Assembly: GCA_964016885.1 (NCBI GenBank)
Contig: OZ024741.1
Span: 45,384,001-45,448,000 of the forward strand
Source: Eledone cirrhosa
Taxonomy: Eukaryota
Length of the DNA stretch: 64,000 bases
Reading direction: 5' to 3'
The notes below the pieces were generated by a model, which worked only from the letters and a program-made list of their open reading frames with translations, searched no databases and was not told where the DNA came from. Positions 38,879 through 51,756 of the stretch are shown here, piece after piece. A program made the translations under genes and the position numbers. Each line of letters begins with the position of its first letter. Position 1 is the first letter of the stretch.

Positions 38879-38960
<82 letters not shown>

Positions 38961-38963
<3 letters not shown>

Positions 38964-39385
38964 TATAATAGAATATAATAGAAAAGAGAACACAGATATA
39001 TAGATATATGTGTTCAAATCGTAAGGGACCTAATTCGCTAAGGTGAAAAGAATACTAACTATAGCCAATTGGGTTCGCTTGTCTCAATTTAAGAAAAAAT
39101 TAAGAAATAAATACAAACCGAAATTATGGTAACTACCAATCACCCAGACAACTTGTTGATGTTTCGCAAAATTAATTGTGAATAGTAATACTAATCCAAG
39201 CTCATCAGCGAAATAGATATACTAATCTAAGCTCATTAGCGAATCAGGTCCCTTACGATTTGAACACATATATCTATATATCTGTGTTCGTTTTTCTTTT
39301 ATATTCTATTATAATATACGGCTCAGAAATACCTCTTTCTTAGAGGTATTTTGTTGTAAGAGACTATTTTGAGTTCCTAACTCAA
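38961..39385. mobile_element. Non-coding fold-back element in (TA)n: arms about 38961-39041 and 39236-39316, hammerhead at 39143-39212 (minus strand)
   Basis: uucg CUGAUGA gc...gc GAAA ca-ucaacaagu-ug UC uggg. The stems are weak. Confidence 0.6.
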
Positions 39386-39432
39386 TATATACATTTTATA
39401 TATATATATATATATATATACATATACATACA

Positions 39433-39570
<138 letters not shown>

Positions 39571-39611
39571 CGAAACATAAGTCAATTGTATGAACCCATT
39601 ATCCTTTATTT

Positions 39612-39667
39612 ACCCCTATATATATTTCGATTATAGCCATTGTATGGCTATGACCTCATCAGGCAGT
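39612..39667 (-). ncRNA. Type I hammerhead related to the 10738 motif, with an imperfect stem I
   Basis: CUGAUGA ggucauagcca-uacaa-uggcuauaauc GAAA uauaua UA, then AAUAAA; about 45 bp from (TA)n. Confidence 0.7.
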
Positions 39668-42600
39668 TATTAAGTTCTTAGAAATGCCAGCTCTGGGTTT
39701 TTGGTGTTGATGGTTTTAGAGCCTTGGGACATATGAGCTTGTTAGGGATAATTTTATGTTGTCAGCAGGAATAATCTTAATTCTCATTGGTCAGTTTGTA
39801 GATGCTAGTAGGATTGGTATATGTCCTGAAAGAGGTAGGCGGTGTTGTAAAGTTCAAACCGTCCGGCAAGATGACAATAGTTCCACATGACTGATTTTCA
39901 CAAAAAGCATTCCTAGTCAGATATATATTCAATTGAGGTTTATAGTATGAAATTCGATACTACAGGGCATTCTCAAATTGAGGAATTTATGTGGGGTGGT
40001 AATACTGAAAATTATGGTTAGAGTCAAATACTTAGAAAGTTTACATATAAAAAGACTTATGTTGGTTGACTTGTACAATATATATATTGAATATCGCATT
40101 GTTTATAAAGAACATGTTTTAAGTATCCTTAACTAAAACACTCTATATTTATATCTAAGTGTATTCAAAATGATGTATTTCATCACAACACAACATGTAG
40201 TGTGACGATCATCACGTTTTCAAGCGTATTGTGGTGATAGATTGAATCTACCTATTGTCTTATAAATCAATGCCTCAGATTTCTCATTCTTGTGATCCTC
40301 CTAGTTTCTGACTCTCTCTAATTTTCTGGCACTTTTAACTTACTGCAGAATGTCGTACTACTGTACATGAATAGTTGAGAGCAATATAATCTAGATTAAC
40401 TGTTATTTCACCTGTGTGCAGAAGAAACGTGATTAATATTAATTACAATAAATTTCAAATATAGCAAAAGGATAACTGCAAAATTGCAGTTGATTCAAAT
40501 TTTAATGGAGACATACGGTGAAAAGTGAATGAGATCTTTCATAGCTACGGTAACAATTATGTAAATGCGTCGGTCTTATTACACCTCAGATCTTAAAACA
40601 CATTTCAGAATATTTACTACTGTTTGAAAATATTCACAAATTAAGTAATTTAAAATGATTATGGGGTATGAAAACCTGCTGCGGCAGTGTTTACATTCGA
40701 GGTTGATTTATTAGTTGTCTTAGCACCCATCTACTGAAGCAATTATTTTTGTGATAGAATTAGTGCTTTTTGTGTTTTGTTGAGCTGTTTCAGTTACCGC
40801 TGATCAGCGACTAAAATGAAATTAGATTGATCACTAGTGAAGCTACGTTTGGTGATTAATGCTTAACTCTACATTCTTCATTTATATTCGTATCGTTTTA
40901 AATGTGCCACAAAATTGTATTAGAACCAGATAATAGTATCTTTCTATAGAGAACTGTTTGTAATGAAGAATAACTTCGTATTGTGCTTAGTTACGTTTGT
41001 TATATAAATCACCCCGGTTCAGTCATGAATGACCATCGGGGTTGTACCTGAAAGTCTCGTTTCGTCTCGCATTCTTGGGCATAGACTTTTGTGGGAAACC
41101 AGAAGTGCTCCATGTATGTAAGTCCCCTCTGTTTACGCTATCGATGTTGTGAAAGTGAACGGAAATGCCCATGCAGTACATTGGTGGCAAGCTAATGATT
41201 CTCGCGAGTCTCACATTTACCGCTCAATTACACAAGGGAAGCATAATCTCAACACTCTGATCATTAACTCGTTGAAGTTATCTCCCAGGCAATATGTGGA
41301 AGATATGGAATTATTATAAAATATCAATATAATAATGTACTTATCGATATAAAAGTCTAGTAAACTGTAAATATTCATAACATTTTTAATCGAAGTGTAT
41401 GATAGACTACAGCAGTGGCCTGAAATAGCAACAACGGCATTAACAGAAAATTCAAAGACGTCTAATAGAAATAAATTATGAAATAAAGAAATAAATATGA
41501 AAGTATAAAAGAAGCAATATACGGCAAAATATCAAATGGAAAAGAAAAAATCATAATGAAAAGTTTTGTTTTGAATTAATTAAAGTTTGCCAAAAATAAA
41601 TAATTGATTGTGTTGTTTATGTGGCTAATGGCTATAAAATGTGTAGCGAATATCGCTACTGGCTATAAAACCTGAAAGGTCCTTCTTTTAATTAACGCAA
41701 ATATAACATTTGTAAGGTATCTTCCTCTACTCTCCAGTTTCATTTTTACACTACACTATCTTTGTAGTTAATATAATTCACACATTTATATATTTAGTTA
41801 TTATCTCCTGGATATTCATTAATCAGAGATGTTGGTTAAGTGACATACAAAATTAATAAATATCTCTATGTTAAATATATATATAAATTTTAGTTTCAAA
41901 TCGAAACACAACCCTCGTTCGTTTTCTAACTTTATATCAGCTATAAATATTTCCCAAGCCTAGAAAGAATCGTGACATACTCGAAAGTATTTTGTGTCTC
42001 CCACTAAATTAGGAAGCAGTTAATCTAAATTTAGTGCCACTACAAGGAACTTTAGCTTTCGTTTAATGACTTAGATGATCGGTAGAACCTATGACGTTTA
42101 TGAAGGTCTTCTAGCGTGAAGGTGGTAGGAGTTGGATTGATTCCCCGACTGGAAATATTGCTAGAATGGATGTAATATACCGGAATCTACTACCATGATC
42201 TGGGATGTAATGATAGAGTTAAACCGAACTACAGTATAATTCTACAAACCACAAAACATTAACAGTTCACCATCGAAATCCTATTCACAAGGCTGTGAAA
42301 TGCTTGAGGATCCTATGGTAAATTTATCTAAGCAATCTACCATTTATTGAGATAGAAGGCGAAACCCTCTAGCAGCGATAAGAACACTACCATTCGTGTG
42401 TGCATTTTACTTATGAAGCTTGTGAAATTACTCCATAATGAATGCAAACATTGATTGCAATCGAAGACTTCATACGGAATGAAAATGTGGATATTAATTC
42501 ATTTATACATTTTAATTTATATTTTTCTCTTATATAGCTCCATTCTACTAAGTGATTGTAAATCACCTGTAACACGATATAACTACATTAAGAACCAGAG

Positions 42601-43619
42601 AATTAATGAAACATGCGTAATACGTAATGTTTGTTTATATATAAGGGCCCAAGGTTTTTAATCCTGGTAATTATCTATGACCTAAAATTCATGATTTAAT
42701 ATTCACTAACTGAAATTCATTTTAAATTCCATTTAGAGATAACGATTTTATAGACATTTTCAAAACATACAGAAAATACATCTGGGGACAAGTGTGTAAT
42801 ATTTTATTTCTTTTTTATTACATTTTATAACATGCAATTTGCAGCAACATATTTTACAAGCGAAAATTACAACGGCTATTATTGATATTAAATGTGAAAA
42901 TTCACGAGTTCTTCATCTGAGTAAAATAAAATTATATAAATATCATTCACTTATAGTCACCATGGACTTCAAATTGATTATTTTATCTTTTGTTAATTGT
43001 TGTTTAATTTCGCTGCTATTAAAATCATATACGCATACAATCACCTGCGAAAAAAGATTTTGAGTGTGAATTTACATGTGTGTGCGATGGCGTTTGTTCA
43101 AGTTTACATAAATAGAATTAAAAATCTGTGCCGTAAATCATTAATATCACAAGATATACTCATGCTATATGAAAATATGAAAATTAAACAAGTATAACAA
43201 ATTATGTGCGCATGTCTTTCTGTATGCTACTTATATGAATATTCATGAGATATCACTTCATATAAATATACATACATGGGTGTGATATTTGCAACAAATA
43301 ATCAGACAGAGAAAAAGTAGCCTAAATTACGTAACGTGTAACCAGTATATGCTTCTCTTCAAATCCGTTATATGACGTAACCATTCTAATTGCCCAAAGG
43401 AGATATTCTAAATTTCGAGGCCAGTGGTTTACGTCACTCTTTAGAATCCGAGGAACATCAATGGGCTCGCAACGAATACATTAAAGTGAAGTTTCTTTCA
43501 TCTTATACATCTTCCAGGTTCACAGAAGGAAAATTTCCATTTTACTTTTTCGTGTCATTTACAGTTTTCACAGCCAGGAAAATGATCCTTACATATTGAC
43601 CTCTACTTTCCAACAGATC

Positions 43620-43888
43620 ATCCTACTTGGGCCTTATTTTCGTTCGACGCGGTGGCTGCAGGCTGGATAAGTCCTCACGGTAAGCCCCGCAGCAGATGGA
43701 TGGATATCATCAGGGAAGGTCTCCAGATGCTGGCATGACCTTCGAAGATGCAAACAAGATGGCGTGGGAGCGCCAACGCTGGAAGGCGCTGGTAGACTTG
43801 ATCGGCTCGACGTACGCTGATGATTTTGGATCACTATTTTAGGATGACCCCAGCCTCGTTGATCAAGAGCAAGAAGAAGAAGAAGAGA
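43620..43888 (+). mobile_element. 3' fragment of an RTE-like LINE with a (GAA)n tail
   Basis: Translates, with one frameshift, as PHGKPRSRWMDIIREGL...AWERQRWKALV, resembling the GRP-x2-RW-x-D ... A-x-DR-x2-W terminus of RTE-type ORFs. Confidence 0.65.
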
Positions 43889-44495
43889 GGAATTCGAGGA
43901 CATTGCCTCCTAACAATGCTCCATGATATATTACGAAAATTATCAATTTCACCAGAATTTCTAATAAACTCAAAAGGATACTGCTCTTACAAATTGTGTC
44001 AGCGACCCTCATCATTTAGCAACAGTCAACAGTTCACTACAATTTCTCTCTGTCATATAAAGTCGAGAAAGCCCATCGCTAGAACAACCGTTAAAACAAA
44101 TGCCTTCAATGACAGTGATAGGCAAAAATGCCTCAGACGACAGCAACCAGTGGCTAGTGGTCCGCACATCTTCCTGTCACCCACTTTGTGGATTGTCTCT
44201 CTGCCGACGACCAGCCACTGGTCTCTGTTCCCTTAGTCATACCCCATCGCTTTCGTTGATAGCATTTGACTGTTTTAACGGATGTTCTAAAGATGCGTTT
44301 TCTCAGTTTTATATAAATTCAAATACACTCTTGCTTCGCCTCGATTAGAGACAACAATGTTTATTCATTTATTTCTCTGCCATGCTTCAGGTGTCTGTGA
44401 AATTATAAGCGATGCAAATCCCTCACACACATACACACATGCACGCACACACGTATGGCCGAACACATAAATGCATACATATATGCACACATATT

Positions 44496-44682
44496 GATTG
44501 GCAGTATCGGTAGAGAGTCGGACGCCAAGCTTTGCAGCAAAGAGGTACGGCCCTTTATGGTCTGAGTTCAAATCCCCCCGAGGTTTAACTTTGCCATTCA
44601 TCCTTAGGGGGTCGATAAAATAAAGTACCAGTAATACACTGGGATAATTGCTGACCTTGTGCCAAAAGTAGAAACAATATTA
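44496..44682 (+). mobile_element. tRNA-derived SINE of an octopus-like family
   Basis: A-box-like TGGCAGTATCGG, B-box GAGTTCAAATCC; a second copy lies at 45099. Confidence 0.85.
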
Positions 44683-45049
44683 TATGTATATAAGTGGATG
44701 ATTGTGAGCATGTGTATATGTGTATTTGTGTGTAGGTACATATGCATGTATATATCTGTGTGTGTGTGCGTGTCTGCGTATGTGTATGTTTATGTGTGTT
44801 CATATGGGTTAGTATTCTCGAATATTTTTCTGAATTTGCAATAAAATAATTAGTTATAATACATGTCTAATTGGTTTAATATCAAATATAAACTTTGTGA
44901 GACAAATGTATTTGTAGTTAGATACGGAAACGCAGTAATGAGGCTATATGTATATGTAAAGCCTATAATAAAGCCCTCACAACCGATTAAGATAAAAAAT
45001 AGACTAAAGCGTATATGTGTAGGCAGAAAAGTTCATAGTTTGACTGTGA

Positions 45050-45677
45050 CGGAGTGATGCTAGAGCTGTAAAATTGTGCATGCATTATTTACAACTCTGT
45101 GGATTGGCAGTATCGGTAGAGAGTCGGACGCCATGCTTTCCAGCATAGTTACGTCCCTTTACGGACTGAGTTCAAATCCCGCCGAAGTTAACTTTGCCTT
45201 TCTTCCTTTCGGGGTCGATAAAGTACCAGTAATCTAGTGGGTAATTGTTGGCCTTGTGCCAAAAATAGAAACAATTATTTACAACTCTCCTTATCATTAT
45301 CTGCATTATTTCTGTCTAAGGACTATGTTGAAAAATAAACCTCATTTGGTCATTCCATGAGAGTATCTTAGTCAGCCTATGAAGGAGTGATGCTAGAGCT
45401 GTGAAATCTTGCATGCATTAATTACAACTCTCCTTATTATTAAATGCTTAAATGCATTATTTCTTTCCAGGGACTATGTTGAAAAATAAACCTTATTTGG
45501 TCATTCAATGAGAGTATCTTGGTCAGCCTATGAAGGAGTGATGGTAGAGCTGTGAAATCTTGCATGCATTAATTACAACTCTCCTTATCATTAACTGCTT
45601 TATTTATTTCCAGGGACTATGTTGAAAAATAAACCACATTTTGTCATTCCATGAGAGTATCTTGGTCAGCCTATGAA
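45050..45677 (+). repeat. Three tandem units of about 145-150 bp, each with acceptor plus candidate terminal exon; first unit interrupted by the SINE
   Basis: ggagtgatgctagagctgt...ggactatgttgaaaaataaacc...gtcagcctatgaa occurs three times. Confidence 0.85.
45099..45273 (+). mobile_element. tRNA-derived SINE with 15-bp TSD ATTATTTACAACTCT (45084-45098 and 45274-45288)
   Basis: A and B boxes plus an exact flanking direct repeat. Confidence 0.9.
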
Positions 45678-46336
45678 CTTTATAGCTTATGAACATTTCA
45701 GCTCATTAATTTTTCAGCCTATGAACATTTCAGGCGACCTCCTATAGTACTTAATAGAAATACGCCTGTTCCTTATCAACAAAAGAATAGGATAAATCCA
45801 ATATTACAGCCCGTAGTGAGACACCTCAAAGTCATCATGTTTAACCATGATACCTTTTTTCATGTATAATAATAGCACCATTCATCATGTTGAATTAGCA
45901 ACATTCATGAAGCATCAAAACACTGTTTATAGCTGAAGCAGATGGGAAGATTCATCGTAAATTTTTATAATAGACAGCAGATGCCCATATTGAGAATACG
46001 GTTAATACGATATCAACGTTGTCTATCTGATATCACACTTTTCATCTTAAAATTTATGAATGTTATTTCAAACCTCAAAGCAAGAACAGTGTGGGATAGT
46101 TCGGTCTTAGGCTTAGAGGTGGAGGGTGAGAGCGTAATCGGGTTAAATTATAAAGCTATATACACCCAACCGTAAAATATTACCAGATGCTCGCTTTCCA
46201 AAACATTATTATCGGATATTTTAAAACTGCTAATCACTGGTTTATTTATTTCTGAGTGTGTGAGTGTGTGTATGTATAGATACAAACACACACATAAGTA
46301 CAGACATACGTAAATATATATGTATATATATATATA

Positions 46337-46398
<62 letters not shown>

Positions 46399-46527
46399 AA
46401 AGTTTTATTTAAAATTGTTGGGTTACAACGAGTAAATATTTTATAACTGATATAAAGCACTCAACAAGTTTTGGAGTAGATATACGATATTAAACAAATG
46501 GAAACTATATTTATAAAACCATATTTA

Positions 46528-46589
46528 TTTCATTATACATATTTCAGGGATACCATATTAAAGATATGGCATGCCTTCTTCAGATAAAA
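46528..46589 (-). ncRNA. Type I hammerhead of P2, left arm
   Basis: Reverse complement of 49466-49527. Confidence 0.83.
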
Positions 46590-47911
46590 TACAATATATA
46601 AGCAGTTTTATAAATAAATTTGACGTACCATAAAATATTGATCAACTTCCATTTAAAAAAGTTGGTTTGGTAGTGAAATGTTTGTAAATATTTAGTGTTA
46701 AGCACAGTTAGAAAGAAAGACGTAGAGAAGGAATAAATGTATGTAAAGAAAAACAGAGAGAGATAGAGAGAGATATGGGAGAGAGAAATAGTGAGGAGGT
46801 GAAAAATGAGAGGCAGCTGAGGTAACAGATGAATAATAATAATCATCATACAAATTGAGAGATTTAGGAGGGAGGGAGTACTGTAATTATTTATTTATTT
46901 ATTTATTTAGTTATAGTGTTAAGGAGACGGAGATAAATATAGCGATACTTAGATTACATCATGTATAGAGGGAGGAGAAGAAAGCTATATCTAGAGAGAA
47001 GGATGACAGATTTACAACTTTACGTTATGTCCCATCATTTTGAATTATCAATTCATATGGATTGGGTATAATACTGTAAATATCAATATTCATGAATGAG
47101 ACATAGATATATAATGTGTGAAAAATAATGACCATATGTTTAGTTTAAAAATTCTTAGGTCTATATAACAAAACCTGAGATAAAACTTCAAAATACATAA
47201 GTATATATGTACTTACCGGAAAAAAAAAGAGAGAGAAAAAGAAAAAGAGAAGGTCATCTCAAGTTCTAGTTGACACTATAGATATACACGTGAACATACG
47301 TGATCAACTCTGTAATTTCTTATTTCACATGAAAAAATGTTTCCCTTGCGTTATAAAAGATCTTACTATATATATATATAGATACATACACATACATAAA
47401 AATATATATTAATATTAATATTCCTGCCCTCACATACATGATTATCGTTCATGTATAGAATAGACAACAGATATCAATATATCAAAACGCTAAGAATACT
47501 TTATCCCTCTCTAGAGTGTCTAGAGCCTTAAAAGAACACAGTATGCCCCCCATATCAACCACAGAAATCAACCCTTCCAATTTATCTGACAATATATTGC
47601 CAAGTTCATTAGAAGCAATCAGAATCAAGAGCAAACAAAAAAAACATAATTATTCAACAAGACTTATTTAGCAGAAATCATTTAAAAGATTTAGGAGACC
47701 CTGTTGTTCTACAGATGCTCTTATATTTAGTATAGAAATTTATCTAGCGTAAAATTATTCAATAGATTGGGAGCATCTACATTTTAGGGTAGTTTAATTA
47801 CATCATTAGTATATATTTATGAAGAAGGTTTAAAAAAGAAAAAGTTGAAGGAATCGAAAGATTTATCGTCAGGTTTCATAATTAATTAAATAGATAACTT
47901 AACTAAATATA

Positions 47912-48586
47912 CTACATTTTAAATTTATATTTATATTTAAACGTTGAGTTCAATCTATGTCTGCAGCAACTGAATAAATTGGTCCTTAGATTAAGGGAAT
48001 TTTTAGATTTTAATATAAAGAATATCTCCTCCACGCAGAGGTCACATGTCTCAGATGAGGAATTAAAAGGAATCCCTCTTGAGACTATATTCCAAAACAA
48101 CGAATATCCAACGTTATAATGTTTAAGTTTCCAGAGTAAGCCTGATAGTGAAGTTGAAGATTTTTGGCCTGGATCTGTGAAAGAATTCTTATGATTATTA
48201 TAGCGAAGTTTAAATTCTGTCGAGGTGGAACCAACATAGTTAAAAGAATTTAAGTCAGTTTTAACATTACAATTGTATATTATATTTTTAACTAAGCAAT
48301 TGTTATTTAACGGACATTTAGATTTATTTCTACAGTTACAGTTGTTTAATTGAATATTGTTTAGGCTATTATCGGTATTTTGGCTAGGTTTTAGATTCCT
48401 ATTATTTATTCTGTTAATATTTTGTGCTAAGTTTTTGGTGGACGAGTAAGTTAATTTTATAGTATGTCTATTAAAAATTGAGTGATATTTATGTGTTCTA
48501 GGGAAGCGTTTGTCAAGAGCACTAAAAAAAAGTTTAGCAATGTGGGTTTTAATATTTAGTGAGAAAGGGGGGGGGGGGCAAACCAT
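47912..48586 (-). CDS. PLE GIY-YIG endonuclease region (truncated ORF)
   Basis: PPFS, CNC-x5-CPLNNNCL, NIIY...YVGST, CDLCVEE, CRH. Confidence 0.88.
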   Translation of the reverse strand: MVCPPPPFSLNIKTHIAKLFFSALDKRFPRTHKYHSIFNRHTIKLTYSSTKNLAQNINRINNRNLKPSQNTDNSLNNIQLNNCNCRNKSKCPLNNNCLVKNIIYNCNVKTDLNSFNYVGSTSTEFKLRYNNHKNSFTDPGQKSSTSLSGLLWKLKHYNVGYSLFWNIVSRGIPFNSSSETCDLCVEEIFFILKSKNSLNLRTNLFSCCRHRLNSTFKYKYKFKM

Positions 48587-49465
48587 ATTATATTTCTAGT
48601 TCTATTTCTTTTCTGGCTTTTAGAATTATTGTAATGTTTTCTATTATAGTTGTTAAAGTTGTTACCGTAATTAAAATTGTTGTTATATTGGTTAGTTTGC
48701 CTATTGTTATCGATGTACATAATTTTATCACTATATCCTGCTCTAGCTAACGCTTCATTGTAATACTGCGCTTTTTCGTCGAAAATATTTTTATTAGATG
48801 AAATTCTTAGTACATATATACTTATGTATTATGAAATTCAAAGTACATATATACTTATGTATTTTGAAGTTTTATCTCAGGTTTTGTTATATAGACCTAA
48901 GAATTTTTAAACTAAACATATGGTCATTATTTTTCACACATTATATATCTATGTCTCATTCATGAATATTGATATTTACAGTATAATACCCAATTCATAT
49001 GAATTGATAATTCAAAATGATGGGACATAACGTAAAGTTGTAAATCTGTCATCCTTCTCTCTAGATATAGCTTTCTTCTCCTCCCTCTATACATGATGTA
49101 ATCTAAGTATCGCTGTATTTATCTCCGTCTCCTTAACACTATAACTAAATAAATAAATAAATAAATAATTACAGTACTCCCTCCCTCCTAAATCTCTCAA
49201 TTTGTATGATGATTATTATTATTCATCTGTTACCTCAGCTGCCTCTCATTTTTCACCTCCTCACTATTTCTCTCTCCCATATCTCTCTCTATCTCTCTCT
49301 GTTTTTCTTTACATACATTTATTCCTTCTCTACGTCTTTCTTTCTAACTGTGCTTAACACTAAATATTTACAAACATTTCACTACCAAACCAACTTTTTT
49401 AAATGGAAGTTGATCAATATTTTATGGTACGTCAAATGTATTTATAAAACTGCTTATATATTGTA

Positions 49466-49527
49466 TTTTATCTGAAGAAGGCATGCCATATCTTTAATAT
49501 GGTATCCCTGAAATATGTATAATGAAA
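49466..49527 (+). ncRNA. Type I hammerhead of P2, right arm
   Basis: uuuuau CUGAAGA aggcaugccauau-cuuua-auaugguaucccu GAAA uaugua UA augaaa, overlapping AAUAAA. Confidence 0.83.
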
Positions 49528-49569
49528 TAAATATGGTTTTATAAATATAGTTTCCATTTGTTTAATATC

Positions 49570-49658
<89 letters not shown>

Positions 49659-49679
49659 TATATATATATATATATACAT

Positions 49680-49710
<31 letters not shown>

Positions 49711-49714
<4 letters not shown>

Positions 49715-49897
49715 ATATAGAAAAGGCTTCTACTGGGCTAGAACTGGTTCATTCGGGAGAATTCATCAGAGCTTCCTGATGACTTCTCCCGAATGAAATA
49801 GTCCTGCAGAAGCCTTTTATATATTAAATATTTATACTCTGCATTGTATTGAGTACCTTACCTACTGTGGTTACCCCCGATTGAACCCGGGATAAAC
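49711..49897. mobile_element. Tiny fold-back element made of two head-to-head degenerate hammerheads; related copy about 63905-63966 (minus strand)
   Basis: CUGAUGA (a/c)uuc-uccc-gaau GAA(A/C) on both strands; (TA)n on both flanks. Confidence 0.6.
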
Positions 49898-49915
49898 TTA
49901 TATATGTATATATAA

Positions 49916-49973
<58 letters not shown>

Positions 49974-50039
49974 ATGTATATGTATATATATATATATGTG
50001 TGTGTGTGCGGTGTGTGTGTGTGCGTGTTTTGTGCACTC

Positions 50040-51250
50040 CAGGGCCGGGATGAGTGGATTGTATGTCCAGTCCTTCCTTGCGGATGGCTCGGCTGATAGC
50101 TGTGGTTCTGTTATCGCTGAAATTGGTACTTTCGTGAAGCAGGTGTTAAAGGCGGTCTTATGCCTGCAGCGCCTTCGATTCCTAAGACGATTCACGATGG
50201 CCCCTGGATATCCGTTCATCTCAGTACATCCATGAAATGTACAGTGTGCGTAAGCTGGTCCTCTGTCTTACTGCATTTGCTCCGGATACGCTTGAGTTCA
50301 TTACTTATGTATCCGGTTTTAGCACCAAGGGGAAGGGCTGGGTTATATCCATGCTAGCTGCTTTCCTATAGATATTGATGTATATTTCACCTTCTGTTAT
50401 TCTAAGCCTGAAGTCCAGCAGGGACAGGGAACCATTTTTATCGGGGTGTTCTACGGCGAATCTTATGCTGTCATCTATGTTTGAGAATGTTGTAGATGTT
50501 ATGTCTGTCTCTCCACGGGATGATATGAGGATCAGTATGTCATCTATTTATCGGTGCACAGCGGTGGCAGAGGTTGAACGCTGACGTTCCAGTTGGTTCA
50601 TATAGGTGATAGCCAGAATGTCTGAAAGACAAGATTCTATGTAGGCCTTTTGTATTTACATGTGTGCTGGTGGAAAGTGAACTATGTATTTTCTACGAAG
50701 ATGGATAGAAGTTGATGTATGTCTTGTGAGGTGAGGACGGCGCAGTATATGTTGTATGAAATGATGCAGTCAATGACTTGGTTGGCCGCTGGGTGAGGGG
50801 GTATTGTCGTGTTGACGGTGACAACATCAAGGCTAAAAGTATATCTGCTGAGTTTAAGTTAGTTAGGTTGTAGTTTATGTAGTTTTTGTATGTCTACGTC
50901 GGAGATGCTGACTTGTCCAGGAAAAGTAGCAAGCATAGGCTTGAGGAACTGGGAGAAGAACCAGGAGATTTTATTGAGGGGTCCTTCTATACTAGAGACG
51001 AAGGGTCTAATCTGAAAAACAACACTGGTTTTGTGGGTTATAATGAGGTGGTGGAATGTTGGCAGGCTTCTGTTTTTGGTGGTGAAGTTGTTTTTTTATT
51101 TGTTGGGAAGTTGTGTCCCCATCAGCAGATATGTCTGTCATATGTCTATAAAGTTCAACGTTGTTAAGGTGCTCATATGTACACAATTGGGAATGGTTGC
51201 GCGTGGCTTCGTTGCCAGAGAGTTGGATCCTAAATACTAAGGTTGTGAAA
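50040..51250 (-). pseudogene. Highly decayed Penelope-type RT of a different lineage
   Basis: Minus-strand fragments FSLDVVTVNTTIP, DDILIIS, IRFAVEHPDKNGSLSLLDF, YISNELKRI. Confidence 0.7.
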
Positions 51251-51756
51251 TTGAATCATGACACTGATGTTGCAGCAAGACCTTGAGTATGATTCAGCTA
51301 TAGAAATGAATTGTGATGTCACTGGTGGCAAGCAGTATCGTTCTGGGCCTGTGGGTGGCGCGGAGAGGCGAGCAGGTTATGCATGGATGACTGTTGTTCT
51401 TTTGTAAAACCATCTAACCTGCCCCTTTGCCTCACGGAGTAGCATTCTACATGCAAAACTAGGGTCATTCGTGATCAAAGGGCATCTTACCTATTAATCT
51501 ATATATATATATATATATATATATTACCAAAAGCGTCTCTAGTAGAATTTCAGAACCTTCTTCCAATGTAGATACCTTTAATAAGATCTCGAATTACTAT
51601 AATAGCGCCCTGGAACGCGCAGGACATAGCGAGGGAATCTCATTCAAACGTCCATTAAATAGTAGTAGTAACTTTATTCGCGATAGCTTAGGCCTTTATG
51701 GTGACACTCTAGTTAACCTTAATTGTGGAACCGATAGAACTACCTTTGAACGCAGT

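Larger units (their letters stand above)
22762..38880 (-). mobile_element. 5'-truncated Penelope-like element P1 with inverted terminal repeat (22847-23389 versus 32700-32721 plus 38361-38880), interrupted by Tx1 copies C and D
   Basis: GIY-YIG ORF at 25894-26634, hammerhead-containing inverted arms and (TA)n on both flanks. Confidence 0.8.
46396..49574 (-). mobile_element. 5'-truncated Penelope-like element P2 with about 730-bp inverted repeat (46483-47214 and 48841-49574), in (TA)n
   Basis: GIY-YIG ORF, near-identical arms and a hammerhead in each arm. Confidence 0.9.

Noticed and set aside
44496-44585. Possible tRNA gene
   Set aside because: A and B boxes are present but I could not fold a cloverleaf. 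It continues into a SINE body, and the second copy has a TSD.
45050-45677. Regularly spaced repeats that might suggest a CRISPR array
   Set aside because: Whole units are duplicated with no unique spacers, there are no cas genes, and the context is eukaryotic.
46483-49574. Long inverted repeats read as DNA-transposon TIRs (also in P1 and P4)
   Set aside because: The enclosed ORFs are PLE RT/GIY-YIG rather than transposase, the arms hold hammerheads, and one arm has an extra tail.
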